Positions 17,710-26,264 of a stretch of DNA of 37,423 nt are shown piece by piece (position 1 is the stretch's first letter; each line of letters begins with the position of its first letter). A program made the translations under genes and the position numbers. The stretch is from a virus. The notes beneath the pieces are model-generated. The model was given only the letters and a program-made list of their open reading frames with translations. It ran no database searches and had not been told where the DNA came from. Where the stretch lies: positions 1 to 37,423 of the IMG/VR virus record IMGVR_UViG_3300045988_123575. One strand, given 5' to 3'.

Positions 17710-18933
17710 ATGATCCATCAAATTTTTATAAAAGATGAAATAAAGCCGGAAACCGCGGTAGAAATAACCGGGCAGTTGGCCGGAATGAGTTTTGAAGCCG
17801 GAGACGAAGTAGATTTCTATTTCGATTCGGAAGGTGGGTACATTGAACCTGCTTTTGTCATTGCACATTGTATCGACACATTAATAGAGGAAGGAGTTGT
17901 AACTCGGGGCATTGTTACGGGACGTTGTAACAGTTCAGCGATTATCCCGTTTTTATCCTGCCTTATCCGTGAGTGCACCGAAGGCGCTAGCTTCCTGATC
18001 CATCCGGTAACGGTAAATGTAGACGAAGCCGGAGATATTAACGCGAAAGAGGCTAACGATATTGCTTCTAGCATTTGGGATATTACGTACGGTATTGAAA
18101 ATCACTACCGGAGTAAAGGTGTAAAAGAAGAGGCTATTAAATTCCTCTATGGGGAAGATGAATTAAACATTACTTCGGCTTTGTTGGCCAAGGGGTACGG
18201 TTTGCTTACCGAATTGGAGCCTGTTTCGGCCCCTATGAACATGAAGCGCGGCTTTTTAAAGGACTTGTTTTCTAACAGAAAAACAGGGATATATAAATTA
18301 ACTAGAAATTATAAACAATTCAAAAATGATTTCGGTATGGACATTGACGAAAAAATTACGAACATGAAAAATGAGATTCTTGCGGAAGTTAAGAATGCCA
18401 TTCAAGAAGCCCTCAAGCCAGAAGGTAAAAAAAATGAGGACGAAAAAGAAGACAAAAAAAATGAAGGTGAAGCATTGACCGAGGAAGAGGCAAAAAGCAT
18501 GGCGCCTCACTTCCGGAAAACTCCCGTAACTGTAGAAGGTCAGGAAGATATTAAGTATATCGCCCACCCGGGAAAAGATGTAGAAAAAGACCACTTTGTA
18601 ATTCCGATCGACAAAGACGGAAAAGCAAAAATGTTGCCCGAAGGTGACTACAAAGTGAATGACGGAGACGACGAGTTTTTGTTGCATTCCACTGGTACAA
18701 CTGCCTATATCCACGGTCGCGGTGAAGAGGGAAAGAAAAACGAAACCGAAGAGGAAACTAAGCCGGAGGATAAGAAAAACGAAACCGAAGAAATCACTAA
18801 ACACGAAGTTGTAACTAAGGCTCCCGTAAACCGTGGAACGTCCGGATCAAAATTCAGCAAGGTAGAACGCGAGTATTACTTAGCGCAAAAATACTGCGGC
18901 CGGGGCGCTGTAGGTGCGATGATTGAAAAATAA
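17710..18933 (+). CDS. ClpP-like (S14) prohead protease with a K/E-rich, scaffold-like C-terminal extension
   Basis: 'FDSEGGYIEPAFVIAHCI', 'GRCNSSAIIPFL' and 'FLIHPV' resemble the ClpP Gly-Gly, Ser and His motifs. It lies directly upstream of the capsid gene. Confidence 0.65.
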   Translation: MIHQIFIKDEIKPETAVEITGQLAGMSFEAGDEVDFYFDSEGGYIEPAFVIAHCIDTLIEEGVVTRGIVTGRCNSSAIIPFLSCLIRECTEGASFLIHPVTVNVDEAGDINAKEANDIASSIWDITYGIENHYRSKGVKEEAIKFLYGEDELNITSALLAKGYGLLTELEPVSAPMNMKRGFLKDLFSNRKTGIYKLTRNYKQFKNDFGMDIDEKITNMKNEILAEVKNAIQEALKPEGKKNEDEKEDKKNEGEALTEEEAKSMAPHFRKTPVTVEGQEDIKYIAHPGKDVEKDHFVIPIDKDGKAKMLPEGDYKVNDGDDEFLLHSTGTTAYIHGRGEEGKKNETEEETKPEDKKNETEEITKHEVVTKAPVNRGTSGSKFSKVEREYYLAQKYCGRGAVGAMIEK

Positions 18934-18952
18934 ACTCTAAATTTAAATTACT

Positions 18953-20077
18953 ATGGCAATATCAGCAGATCAGATCAGTAAGGCGATGATGGACAAGCCA
19001 GTCCAACCGCTTTTCAATACCATCTACAAAGTGGTATTAGGGGCCGGAATCCCCGTAATTGTTACCAATACTAACGTTGGTTTGGTGACTAGTGTAAAGG
19101 CAACCATTGGCAGTCAGCCGCAATGCACCACATTAACTGCGGCAATGTTGTCCGGCTCTACAACTACCGTAGAAACAGTAGGGTATGAGTTGGCTAAAAA
19201 CAAATACTTCTCTCAATTGGATTTGGAATGTGCTATCGTAACCGTTCCGAACGAAATGAGAACCGATGCATCCGGTTTAACCGAAGCTACTATTTACGAA
19301 GTTTTAGATACCATTGGCCGGAAAATGAGTGAGCAGTTGTTAACCAACTTCTTTACTGGCCTGCCTGCTCAGTTTACAGCATTGTTGCCCGAAGCTAACA
19401 TCGTATACGCACAGCGGGGTAAAATTGAATGGGACCCGACCAAAACCGCAGCAGAAGGAAGTACGAATATTTCGGCTATCCTGTCTTCCATTAACGCAAG
19501 CTTGCCCATTCAAATGCTTCCCGGTGGTAGCGCATCCCGGATCGTAGTTACTTGGGTATCCGCTCAGGACTTTTTGGTGATGAAAAATGGTGTAGCATCC
19601 GCTTACCAATATCAGAATGCCGGAGGTTTGCAAACCACCTACTTCCAGTACGTGAAAGAAGCTTCCACTCCGGAAGAGGAAAGAAACAAATTCGAGTTTG
19701 AAAAGATCGTATTTGGTAACATGCTTATCCTTCCGTTAAATGGACTGGCAAAAGACACCATCATCACGACCTATCAGGAAGGAATCGACCGGGGACGGGT
19801 GTTCTACGATAAAGTGCCTGCAAACCTGATGAATAACCTTTACTTGGTTATCGAAGGTGCTTTCACCCGTAACGACGAATTAACCGTCGATGTGGCTAAC
19901 CGTTCACGTGGATTTTTCGATCTTCCCTATCAGATCGGAGAATTGTTCGCAATCAACAAAGTAGAAACCGCACAGTTGAAATACAACGTGATTGCTTCGT
20001 TGAACCACTCTATTCTGTTCCGTGAACCGGATAAGGTGTTTGTTTATTTGCCAGGCGCTAAACCGTCTCAGGGATAA
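18953..20077 (+). CDS. Major capsid protein (probable)
   Basis: A 374-aa ORF immediately after the prohead protease. The call rests on position and size. Confidence 0.6.
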   Translation: MAISADQISKAMMDKPVQPLFNTIYKVVLGAGIPVIVTNTNVGLVTSVKATIGSQPQCTTLTAAMLSGSTTTVETVGYELAKNKYFSQLDLECAIVTVPNEMRTDASGLTEATIYEVLDTIGRKMSEQLLTNFFTGLPAQFTALLPEANIVYAQRGKIEWDPTKTAAEGSTNISAILSSINASLPIQMLPGGSASRIVVTWVSAQDFLVMKNGVASAYQYQNAGGLQTTYFQYVKEASTPEEERNKFEFEKIVFGNMLILPLNGLAKDTIITTYQEGIDRGRVFYDKVPANLMNNLYLVIEGAFTRNDELTVDVANRSRGFFDLPYQIGELFAINKVETAQLKYNVIASLNHSILFREPDKVFVYLPGAKPSQG

Positions 20078-20101
20078 TATTAACCTAAAAAAATTAGAAT
20101 T

Positions 20102-20818
20102 ATGGCAGTAAAAACTTGTAGACCTAACGATATCGATCACAACGGTTGGTGTTTGAAGGACCTATTTTCTTATGGTGAGGGCTTTGACTTAATTGCCATT
20201 CCTTCAACCGTATGGAATCAGTTAAAAGGTGTTTGGTTGAACCTGAATAATGGTGCCTCCGAATCGCCTAAAAAGGTGTTGGTAGCGGAAGAGGGATCAC
20301 CCCTAGTAAGCTATCAGTATAACGCTCCGCAGAGTTTAACAACTCTTTTCCCGGAGGGTTTCCCGACCGACGTAGCATTGTATTTCAAGGGTAACGCTTT
20401 GATTTTCAACCCTACTGTTGGCAATGCGATCGAGGCTAATGGTGTACCTTATCAACAGTCAACTATCAGTATTCCAATCGGTTCAGACATGTACTACGAC
20501 ATGTTTGCCCAGTTCATGCAGAGTAAGTCTTGGGTTTTCCTGAAACTGAGTTACGACAATCAGGTTTTGCATGTTTACGGTGGTCCCCGTGGTTACTTCC
20601 CGGTAGCCGACGAAATCGCCGAGATGATGTATTCCGGTAACAACGATGCTAAGGGAGAAACTCAACTCTCCTTTACTCAGGAAAAGGCCGCATATACAAT
20701 TGAGTACATCAAGAACGCAGAAGATTCTACGGACTCCGAAGCGCTTCCAAAACTGTTTGCCGAAATTCAAACGGCCATTTGTATTCCGACCACTCCCACA
20801 ACTTCACCGGGAACCTAA
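20102..20818 (+). CDS. Structural protein, short paralogue (238 aa); possibly a decoration or tail-tube protein
   Basis: Residues about 15-185 are near-identical to 22823-23965. It follows the capsid gene and shares an 'agaattATGGC' start context with the tail fibre gene. Confidence 0.7.
   Translation: MAVKTCRPNDIDHNGWCLKDLFSYGEGFDLIAIPSTVWNQLKGVWLNLNNGASESPKKVLVAEEGSPLVSYQYNAPQSLTTLFPEGFPTDVALYFKGNALIFNPTVGNAIEANGVPYQQSTISIPIGSDMYYDMFAQFMQSKSWVFLKLSYDNQVLHVYGGPRGYFPVADEIAEMMYSGNNDAKGETQLSFTQEKAAYTIEYIKNAEDSTDSEALPKLFAEIQTAICIPTTPTTSPGT
20140..20650 (+). repeat. Direct repeat arm 1 (about 510 nt), paralogous to 22860-23370
   Basis: The arms align at an offset of 2720 nt. There is a 123-nt perfect run (20180-20302 = 22900-23022). 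Most differences elsewhere are synonymous. Confidence 0.85.
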
Positions 20819-20832
20819 CTATTTGTTTGATC

Positions 20833-20864
20833 TATCCGTCCGGGCCTTGCATCCCGGGCGGATA
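20833..20864 (+). promoter_or_regulatory. GC-rich 12-bp stem-loop between the short paralogue and the portal gene, with no U-tract
   Basis: tatccgtccggg / ccttgcat / cccgggcggata. The stem has one G-U pair. The following sequence is A-rich. Confidence 0.5.
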
Positions 20865-20878
20865 TAAACTAAAAATCG

Positions 20879-22126
20879 ATGAAACTATATGACAGAATTA
20901 TAGCGGGTGTTGTTTGGTTGCAGAAGTTTACCCCTTTTTCTCCGAATAACCTAGAGGAACAAGCCACGTTCGAAAAGAATTTAGTACAGTGGGGGAATTT
21001 TTCGATAGGTTATAACATGTACCCGAATCTGTTTAACATTTTCGTTAAATATGCTCCTACTGCAACAAGCCTTATTCGAAAGAAGGTGAATTTAATAGTC
21101 GGGAATGTCCCGCAAGAAATAAAGGTCCAAAGAACTACCTTCGAAAGTTCTTATACAAACACCGTAGAAAATCTTCTGCAAAATATATGCAGAGATTACG
21201 TAATGTTCGACAAATCCTTTGCCCTGTGGGTAGGCTACGACGAAAACGGCAAAGTGAACGAATTTAAGCGTCTATCGTTGGATAACGTCCGTTATGTTAT
21301 CCGGGATGAAGAAACCTACACCCAAACCCGCGATCGGTACATGATCGCCTTAATGAACGAAGAAAATAGAATAGGCCAAATATATTACCCCTACGATCCT
21401 ACTAGGGTTTTAGATCAGATAAAAGAAGAGACCGAAAGAACCGGAGAGGAATTTCCGGGACAAATTTTGTTCTACAACAGTGCTGACGATCAGGACTACC
21501 CGGATTGTATTTTCAATGCTATGGTTCCGATCTTGCTGGCCGATGGTGGATCGGACACGATGATAATGAGTTACCTCGGTAACGCGGATATCTGTAAAAC
21601 ATACAAAAAGAAACAAGGCGCTACCGGGACCGATACGGTTAACTCCTTACTAGGATGGACTAATCTCAACCGGATTTGGGGACGTGAGGGAGACGGAAGA
21701 GGCATCGATTCTATCGCAAGCACCGGAAGTGACTTTTATAATACAGGTGTGAAAGCGGCTGGAGAAACGGAGTATTTGAATATCGGTACCGATGAACCGA
21801 TAGAGAATTACGTAAAGGTGGCTGATATGCCTAAATTTATCGACGAAATAAATAAGATCGACGATAGGACGGCAAGGAAAATATGTGTAGCTTTACAATT
21901 GCCATATGAGTACATTTACAAGATGGAAAGCGGCGTTATAAATCAGGAAAATAGAGCCACCATGATGGCAGAAATAAACGCTAATTTAGAAGATGATCGC
22001 CGAACCATCGAGCGCGTAATTAACAAGATTTTGGAAAATTCAATCTTCGATTGGCGATTGACAATCTTAGCCGCCGGAGAGGGTAAAGAGGACGTAAAAG
22101 AAGCTACGGAAAATTTAACTGAATAA
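20879..22126 (+). CDS. Portal protein (probable)
   Basis: A 415-aa ORF in the head module. Its size and helical C-terminal region are consistent with HK97/SPP1-type portals. No search was possible. Confidence 0.5.
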   Translation: MKLYDRIIAGVVWLQKFTPFSPNNLEEQATFEKNLVQWGNFSIGYNMYPNLFNIFVKYAPTATSLIRKKVNLIVGNVPQEIKVQRTTFESSYTNTVENLLQNICRDYVMFDKSFALWVGYDENGKVNEFKRLSLDNVRYVIRDEETYTQTRDRYMIALMNEENRIGQIYYPYDPTRVLDQIKEETERTGEEFPGQILFYNSADDQDYPDCIFNAMVPILLADGGSDTMIMSYLGNADICKTYKKKQGATGTDTVNSLLGWTNLNRIWGREGDGRGIDSIASTGSDFYNTGVKAAGETEYLNIGTDEPIENYVKVADMPKFIDEINKIDDRTARKICVALQLPYEYIYKMESGVINQENRATMMAEINANLEDDRRTIERVINKILENSIFDWRLTILAAGEGKEDVKEATENLTE

Positions 22127-22129
22127 GCT

Positions 22130-22747
22130 ATGATAATAACTGCTTACGATGTATACCGATATTCGATAGCCTTAAAAAATTCCGGCATTACGCAGGAAAA
22201 TATCGACGTATTGGAACGCCAGTTTTTACTGTTGGTATTCGGTAAGGAAGGCGCTAAACGGCTGATCGAATACATTAACGCAAACAAAATGCCTATTACG
22301 TTGCCGACATCTAATTTGCCGGAGGATTATGAATTTGGGGGGAATCCGGTAGAGCAGCCCCGGCGATGGGATTTCGGAGAGATAAACGAATTGATCTACG
22401 GAGATAATATACTGTTCTCCGGGTTAATTGCATTGCTGAGCGTAGCTATTGCGCTAAACTTAGAAAGCCAAGGCCGATTACAGATCGCCCGGCAAAATGC
22501 CACCAAACAACCCGTTAATTCCCGCATAATAACTAGGCGCGAAGAAAACGAAGTTACGCAGGCCTTAGCATTTCAGGCCCGTAATATTTTGTTTGCGCTG
22601 CATGACTATTTAGGCCAAGAAGGGAAAAACCCGCTTAAATTGGAAGTTTACCGCTATGTAGAACCGACCCGGTATTCTACCAATACATCCGGTAAAATGG
22701 GGACCAACTTAGGCTTCCTCGGGATTTATGGCGGTGGTTGGTATTAA
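22130..22747 (+). CDS. Hypothetical virion-module protein (205 aa)
   Basis: Intact ORF 3 nt after the portal gene. Confidence 0.6.
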   Translation: MIITAYDVYRYSIALKNSGITQENIDVLERQFLLLVFGKEGAKRLIEYINANKMPITLPTSNLPEDYEFGGNPVEQPRRWDFGEINELIYGDNILFSGLIALLSVAIALNLESQGRLQIARQNATKQPVNSRIITRREENEVTQALAFQARNILFALHDYLGQEGKNPLKLEVYRYVEPTRYSTNTSGKMGTNLGFLGIYGGGWY

Positions 22748-22757
22748 TTAATTTTTA

Positions 22758-22822
22758 GCGGAAAAATTATATACAAAAAACGCTGAAAATTATATACAAA
22801 AAACGCTGAAAATTATATAACC
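22758..22822 (+). repeat. Three tandem copies of a 23-bp unit (cgctgaaaattatatacaaaaaa) ending at the ATG of the long paralogue
   Basis: Copies at 22758-22780 (imperfect), 22781-22803 and 22804-22822 (truncated by the start codon). Confidence 0.85.
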
Positions 22823-23965
22823 ATGAAATTAACTCCGTGTCGCCCGAATACTTTAGATCGAAATGAATGGTGTTTGAAAGACCTATTTTCTTACGGGGAA
22901 GGCTTTGACTTAATTGCCATTCCTTCAACCGTATGGAATCAGTTAAAAGGTGTTTGGTTGAACCTGAATAATGGTGCCTCCGAATCGCCTAAAAAGGTGT
23001 TGGTAGCGGAAGAGGGATCACCACTGGTAAGTTACCAGTATAACGCTCCGGAAACTTTGTCTACTCTTTTCCCGGAAGGTTTTCCGACCGACGTAGCGTT
23101 GTATTTCAAGGGTAACGCTTTGATTTTCAACCCTACTGTGGGCAATGCAATTGAGGCCAACGGTGTGCCTTATCAGCAGTCAACTATCAGCATTCCAATT
23201 GGTTCAGACATGTACTACGACATGTTCGCCCAGTTTATGCAGAGTAAGTCTTGGGTTTTCTTGAAACTGAGTTACGACAACCAAATTTTGCACGTTTACG
23301 GTGGTCCTCGTGGTTACTTCCCGGTAGCCGACGAAATCGCCGAGATGATGTATTCCGGCAACAATGACAGTAAAGGAATGACTACTTTATCCTTCTCTCA
23401 GCCGAAAGCCCAGTTTACAATCGAATATATAGAGAATGCGAATAACATAGATAGCCCGAACGCTCTCCCCGACTTATTTAAAGCCATCCAAGCTAATATA
23501 TGTAAACCTACAGCTACCAACAATAATATGCAGGGCTTAGTAGGAGAATTGAAGTTTAGCACTGTGATAAATGGAGGCAAAATAAATGGGAAAAATATTA
23601 TCTTTGACCCTGTAGAAGAGGCAGGAGTAACGTCTATACAAATTTATGGGGAATATTCAGATCAATCCCAAATCGACATCTTAAATGCACATAAAGGAGA
23701 AAATCTGTTTTTAAATGGAGAAATAGAATTAAATGTACAAGCTATTCCGACTTGTGCTATAGCGTTCTATTTAAACGAATTAGACGATAACCCTTACACA
23801 ACTCAGTTTGAGCCTTTAAACCAAGGTAAACATACATTTACAATTGCTATCGATCCGCTCCCGGATGTAGAAATTAAAAAATTTGGTATTGCTTTGGTAT
23901 CTCAAACCGAAACAAACGGAACGGTTATATCGTATACAAATTTTGTTTTAGAGACTAAAATGTAG
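22823..23965 (+). CDS. Structural protein, long paralogue (380 aa) with an extra C-terminal domain of about 150 aa
   Basis: The N-terminal ~185 aa are near-identical to 20102-20818. The C-terminal extension looks like a beta-sandwich. Confidence 0.7.
   Translation: MKLTPCRPNTLDRNEWCLKDLFSYGEGFDLIAIPSTVWNQLKGVWLNLNNGASESPKKVLVAEEGSPLVSYQYNAPETLSTLFPEGFPTDVALYFKGNALIFNPTVGNAIEANGVPYQQSTISIPIGSDMYYDMFAQFMQSKSWVFLKLSYDNQILHVYGGPRGYFPVADEIAEMMYSGNNDSKGMTTLSFSQPKAQFTIEYIENANNIDSPNALPDLFKAIQANICKPTATNNNMQGLVGELKFSTVINGGKINGKNIIFDPVEEAGVTSIQIYGEYSDQSQIDILNAHKGENLFLNGEIELNVQAIPTCAIAFYLNELDDNPYTTQFEPLNQGKHTFTIAIDPLPDVEIKKFGIALVSQTETNGTVISYTNFVLETKM
22860..23370 (+). repeat. Direct repeat arm 2 (about 510 nt), paralogous to 20140-20650
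   Basis: Same evidence as for arm 1. Confidence 0.85.
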
Positions 23966-23969
23966 CATC

Positions 23970-24365
23970 ATGAATATATTTCAGAACATAGCAATCAGCA
24001 ATTTACGACTTCGGCCATTCTATCGCAGAAGACATCAACAGGATGCGTCGGATGATATTATCGTAGATGTACAAAAATGGTTCGGCGCTGATCCGGTATT
24101 TAATCAGTACGAACCTTTTCGATTAGGGTATGATATAGAGTTTAGTATTGCTTCTAAAACCGACCTGTTGAAGTGGATAGAGAACGATTACATGTTCGAA
24201 GTATTCAGCGACGAAAATAACCTACAATTAGGAGACAGCGCAGGATTTAAAATTACATCTGTTACCCCTCCCGCGTCTCCGGATGTATGTTTATATAGTT
24301 ATACTTTTAAGAGTGTGAAACCAAATAAAGAACCATTTAAAACCATTAACGATGAAAAAAAGTGA
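23970..24365 (+). CDS. Hypothetical virion-module protein (131 aa)
   Basis: Intact ORF 4 nt after the upstream stop. Confidence 0.6.
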   Translation: MNIFQNIAISNLRLRPFYRRRHQQDASDDIIVDVQKWFGADPVFNQYEPFRLGYDIEFSIASKTDLLKWIENDYMFEVFSDENNLQLGDSAGFKITSVTPPASPDVCLYSYTFKSVKPNKEPFKTINDEKK

Positions 24366-25014
24366 ACAATTAACCCTGCTTTTGGCGTTTTACGATAATC
24401 AACATCGGTTAAGTATGCAGCGGCTTATCCCGGACTTTTTATTGAAATTGAAAAAGACTGGGCAATACGGTATCCAATTAATTCAGAGCAGGCCTCAGTT
24501 ACTCGATGTTATATCCGATTCTAAAGCGCTAATTATGGAAATATCCCGGGCTATGGGAGAGCGCGCAGATATCGACGTGAATTATCGATATTTCTTAGGC
24601 CTAGCCTCAAAAATGCTTCCGGATATAGAACGTGTGGTAACCGAAAAGTACGCATTAACTAAAGCCCATGCGCTCTATCATTTTGGCTATTTCCCCGAGG
24701 ATGCTACACAATATAACATTGTGCGGGTTCTGATGGAAGAGAGGGCAAAAGCCGAAAGCGAAGAGGCCGAAAGCGAAAAGGCCCAAGCCGAAAGCGAAGA
24801 GGCCGAAAGCGAAAAGGCCCAAGCCGAAAGCGAAGAGGCCGAAAGCGAAAAGGCCCAAGCCGAAAGCGAAGAGGTACAAGAAGAACAGCCGGAAGAACAG
24901 CCGGAGACGGACGCTGACCCTAATTTCCAAGCCCCATCGTCGGAAATGACTTCCGAATTTGCCCAAGAAAAACAAGTAAAAAAAGGACATCCAAAGAAGG
25001 TAAAAGATGAATGA
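24352..25014 (+). CDS. Hypothetical protein (220 aa) with an acidic AESEEAESEKAQ tandem repeat
   Basis: Intact ORF that contains the 36-bp tandem repeat. Confidence 0.6.
   Translation: MKKSEQLTLLLAFYDNQHRLSMQRLIPDFLLKLKKTGQYGIQLIQSRPQLLDVISDSKALIMEISRAMGERADIDVNYRYFLGLASKMLPDIERVVTEKYALTKAHALYHFGYFPEDATQYNIVRVLMEERAKAESEEAESEKAQAESEEAESEKAQAESEEAESEKAQAESEEVQEEQPEEQPETDADPNFQAPSSEMTSEFAQEKQVKKGHPKKVKDE
24751..24874 (+). repeat. Perfect 36-bp tandem repeat, 3.4 copies, in frame
   Basis: gccgaaagcgaagaggccgaaagcgaaaaggcccaa at 24751, 24787 and 24823, with a partial copy at 24859-24874. Confidence 0.9.
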
Positions 25015-25477
25015 CGTATATTATAACATAAAGAGTGTAAGCGCTTCGGCCTTGTTGACGGTGATATCGTTTTTAAATCCGATACACATGGATATCCTCG
25101 TGATCTGTATTATGATTGTAGGGAATTTCTTTTTCGGATGGTGGGAGAGCGTAAAGGTGAAGGAAGAGCGATTCAAGATCGATAAATTCACCAAGGCAAT
25201 GAGTGAGGGTTTAGTATACGTGATCCTAGTAATAGGCGTATACATAGTGTTAAAAATGAAAGGGATCGAAGATAAAGCGATATACTGTACAAGTGTTATA
25301 AGTTATGCGGTTATTTATTTCTTGGGGTTAAATATCCTTCGAAATTTAAAAAGCCTTTACCCGGATAGCCGGGTCTTGGCTTTTTTATATTTTTGTGGTA
25401 GCTTGGAATTTACTAAAACACTGCCCCTACTAAAAAAATTTCTAAGCTACGAAAGCGAGCAGCAGACAAAGAAATGA
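25007..25477 (+). CDS. Multi-pass membrane protein, candidate holin
   Basis: It has 3-4 hydrophobic segments and a charged C-terminus. It is the last gene before a strong intrinsic terminator. Confidence 0.4.
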   Translation: MNDVYYNIKSVSASALLTVISFLNPIHMDILVICIMIVGNFFFGWWESVKVKEERFKIDKFTKAMSEGLVYVILVIGVYIVLKMKGIEDKAIYCTSVISYAVIYFLGLNILRNLKSLYPDSRVLAFLYFCGSLEFTKTLPLLKKFLSYESEQQTKK

Positions 25478-25510
25478 TTTGTGTGGATTATAATTTGGTG
25501 TATACCCCGA

Positions 25511-25543
25511 TCCCCCTTCTACATGGAGGGGGAATTTTTTTTT
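25511..25543 (+). terminator. Intrinsic terminator
   Basis: tcccccttc / tacat / ggaggggga hairpin followed by a T9 run. The T-run is also the 5' end of promoter cassette B. Confidence 0.8.
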
Positions 25544-25633
25544 GAAAAAAAACCTCAAAACGTTTGGTTAATTAAAAAATAGTGCTTACATTTGTAGTGT
25601 TGAAACAATAAAAACATTGAAGCCATGAAAAAT
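25535..25633 (+). promoter_or_regulatory. Promoter/leader cassette copy B (-33 at 25563-25566, -7 at 25587-25594, ATG at 25625)
   Basis: Positions 25536-25633 are identical to 1-98. Confidence 0.8.
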
Positions 25634-26263
25634 TACATTACAGTAGACGGAAAAAAATCGATCAACTTACCGGAAGAATATAAGGATATGCACGATGTTG
25701 TGCGTGGTACCATTTCTTGGCAGGTATGGGAAAAAGGAAATAAGAAAAGAGTATACGGTAAAGTATATTGCGGTGGGAAAGTAATAGAAGTTGGATACGT
25801 GGATTTGGTGAGCGGCCAAATGGTATTATCTAGCAATCCTCGCGCTATTGCTAAATCACTCTCCTACGATATCGAAATCGTAGAAATACCCGAAGAACCG
25901 GAAGAAATGGAAGAAATGGAAGAATCCCCGATCGAAGAACCCAAAAAAGATGTTGAGGGGAATGTTTTCAACTATGGAAGAAAAGAAGTGTTGTTGGTAG
26001 CTTGGGGTTATTTCCGGCGCCATTATTTCTCCACATTTGCCGAATCTTTACGGGTAGCTTGGGGAGAGTTCAAAGCCGGGAAAAAATGTTTCCTGATCGA
26101 ATTAAGAGATCGGATTAAGGCTAAAAGAAAGCCGATCGTAGAAAAGATGGTAGATTCCGGCATAAATACATTCAAAAATTTACCCGGTTCTTATAAAATG
26201 CGTATTGATTATTCGGCTGATTGGTTTGCCCCCAAATATCAGGCTCTATTTAATATCTTATAA
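25625..26263 (+). CDS. Hypothetical early protein (212 aa)
   Basis: The ATG lies inside the cassette. Intact ORF. Confidence 0.65.
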   Translation: MKNYITVDGKKSINLPEEYKDMHDVVRGTISWQVWEKGNKKRVYGKVYCGGKVIEVGYVDLVSGQMVLSSNPRAIAKSLSYDIEIVEIPEEPEEMEEMEESPIEEPKKDVEGNVFNYGRKEVLLVAWGYFRRHYFSTFAESLRVAWGEFKAGKKCFLIELRDRIKAKRKPIVEKMVDSGINTFKNLPGSYKMRIDYSADWFAPKYQALFNIL

Positions 26264-26264
26264 A

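Noticed and set aside
18298-18804. 168-aa minus-strand ORF inside the protease/scaffold gene.
   Set aside because: It is antisense to a K/E-rich low-complexity stretch and is F/L-rich with no protein-like character.
20646-20867. 73-aa + strand ORF overlapping the 3' end of the short paralogue and the hairpin.
   Set aside because: It is an alternative frame of a well-supported gene, is basic and low in complexity, and runs through the stem-loop.
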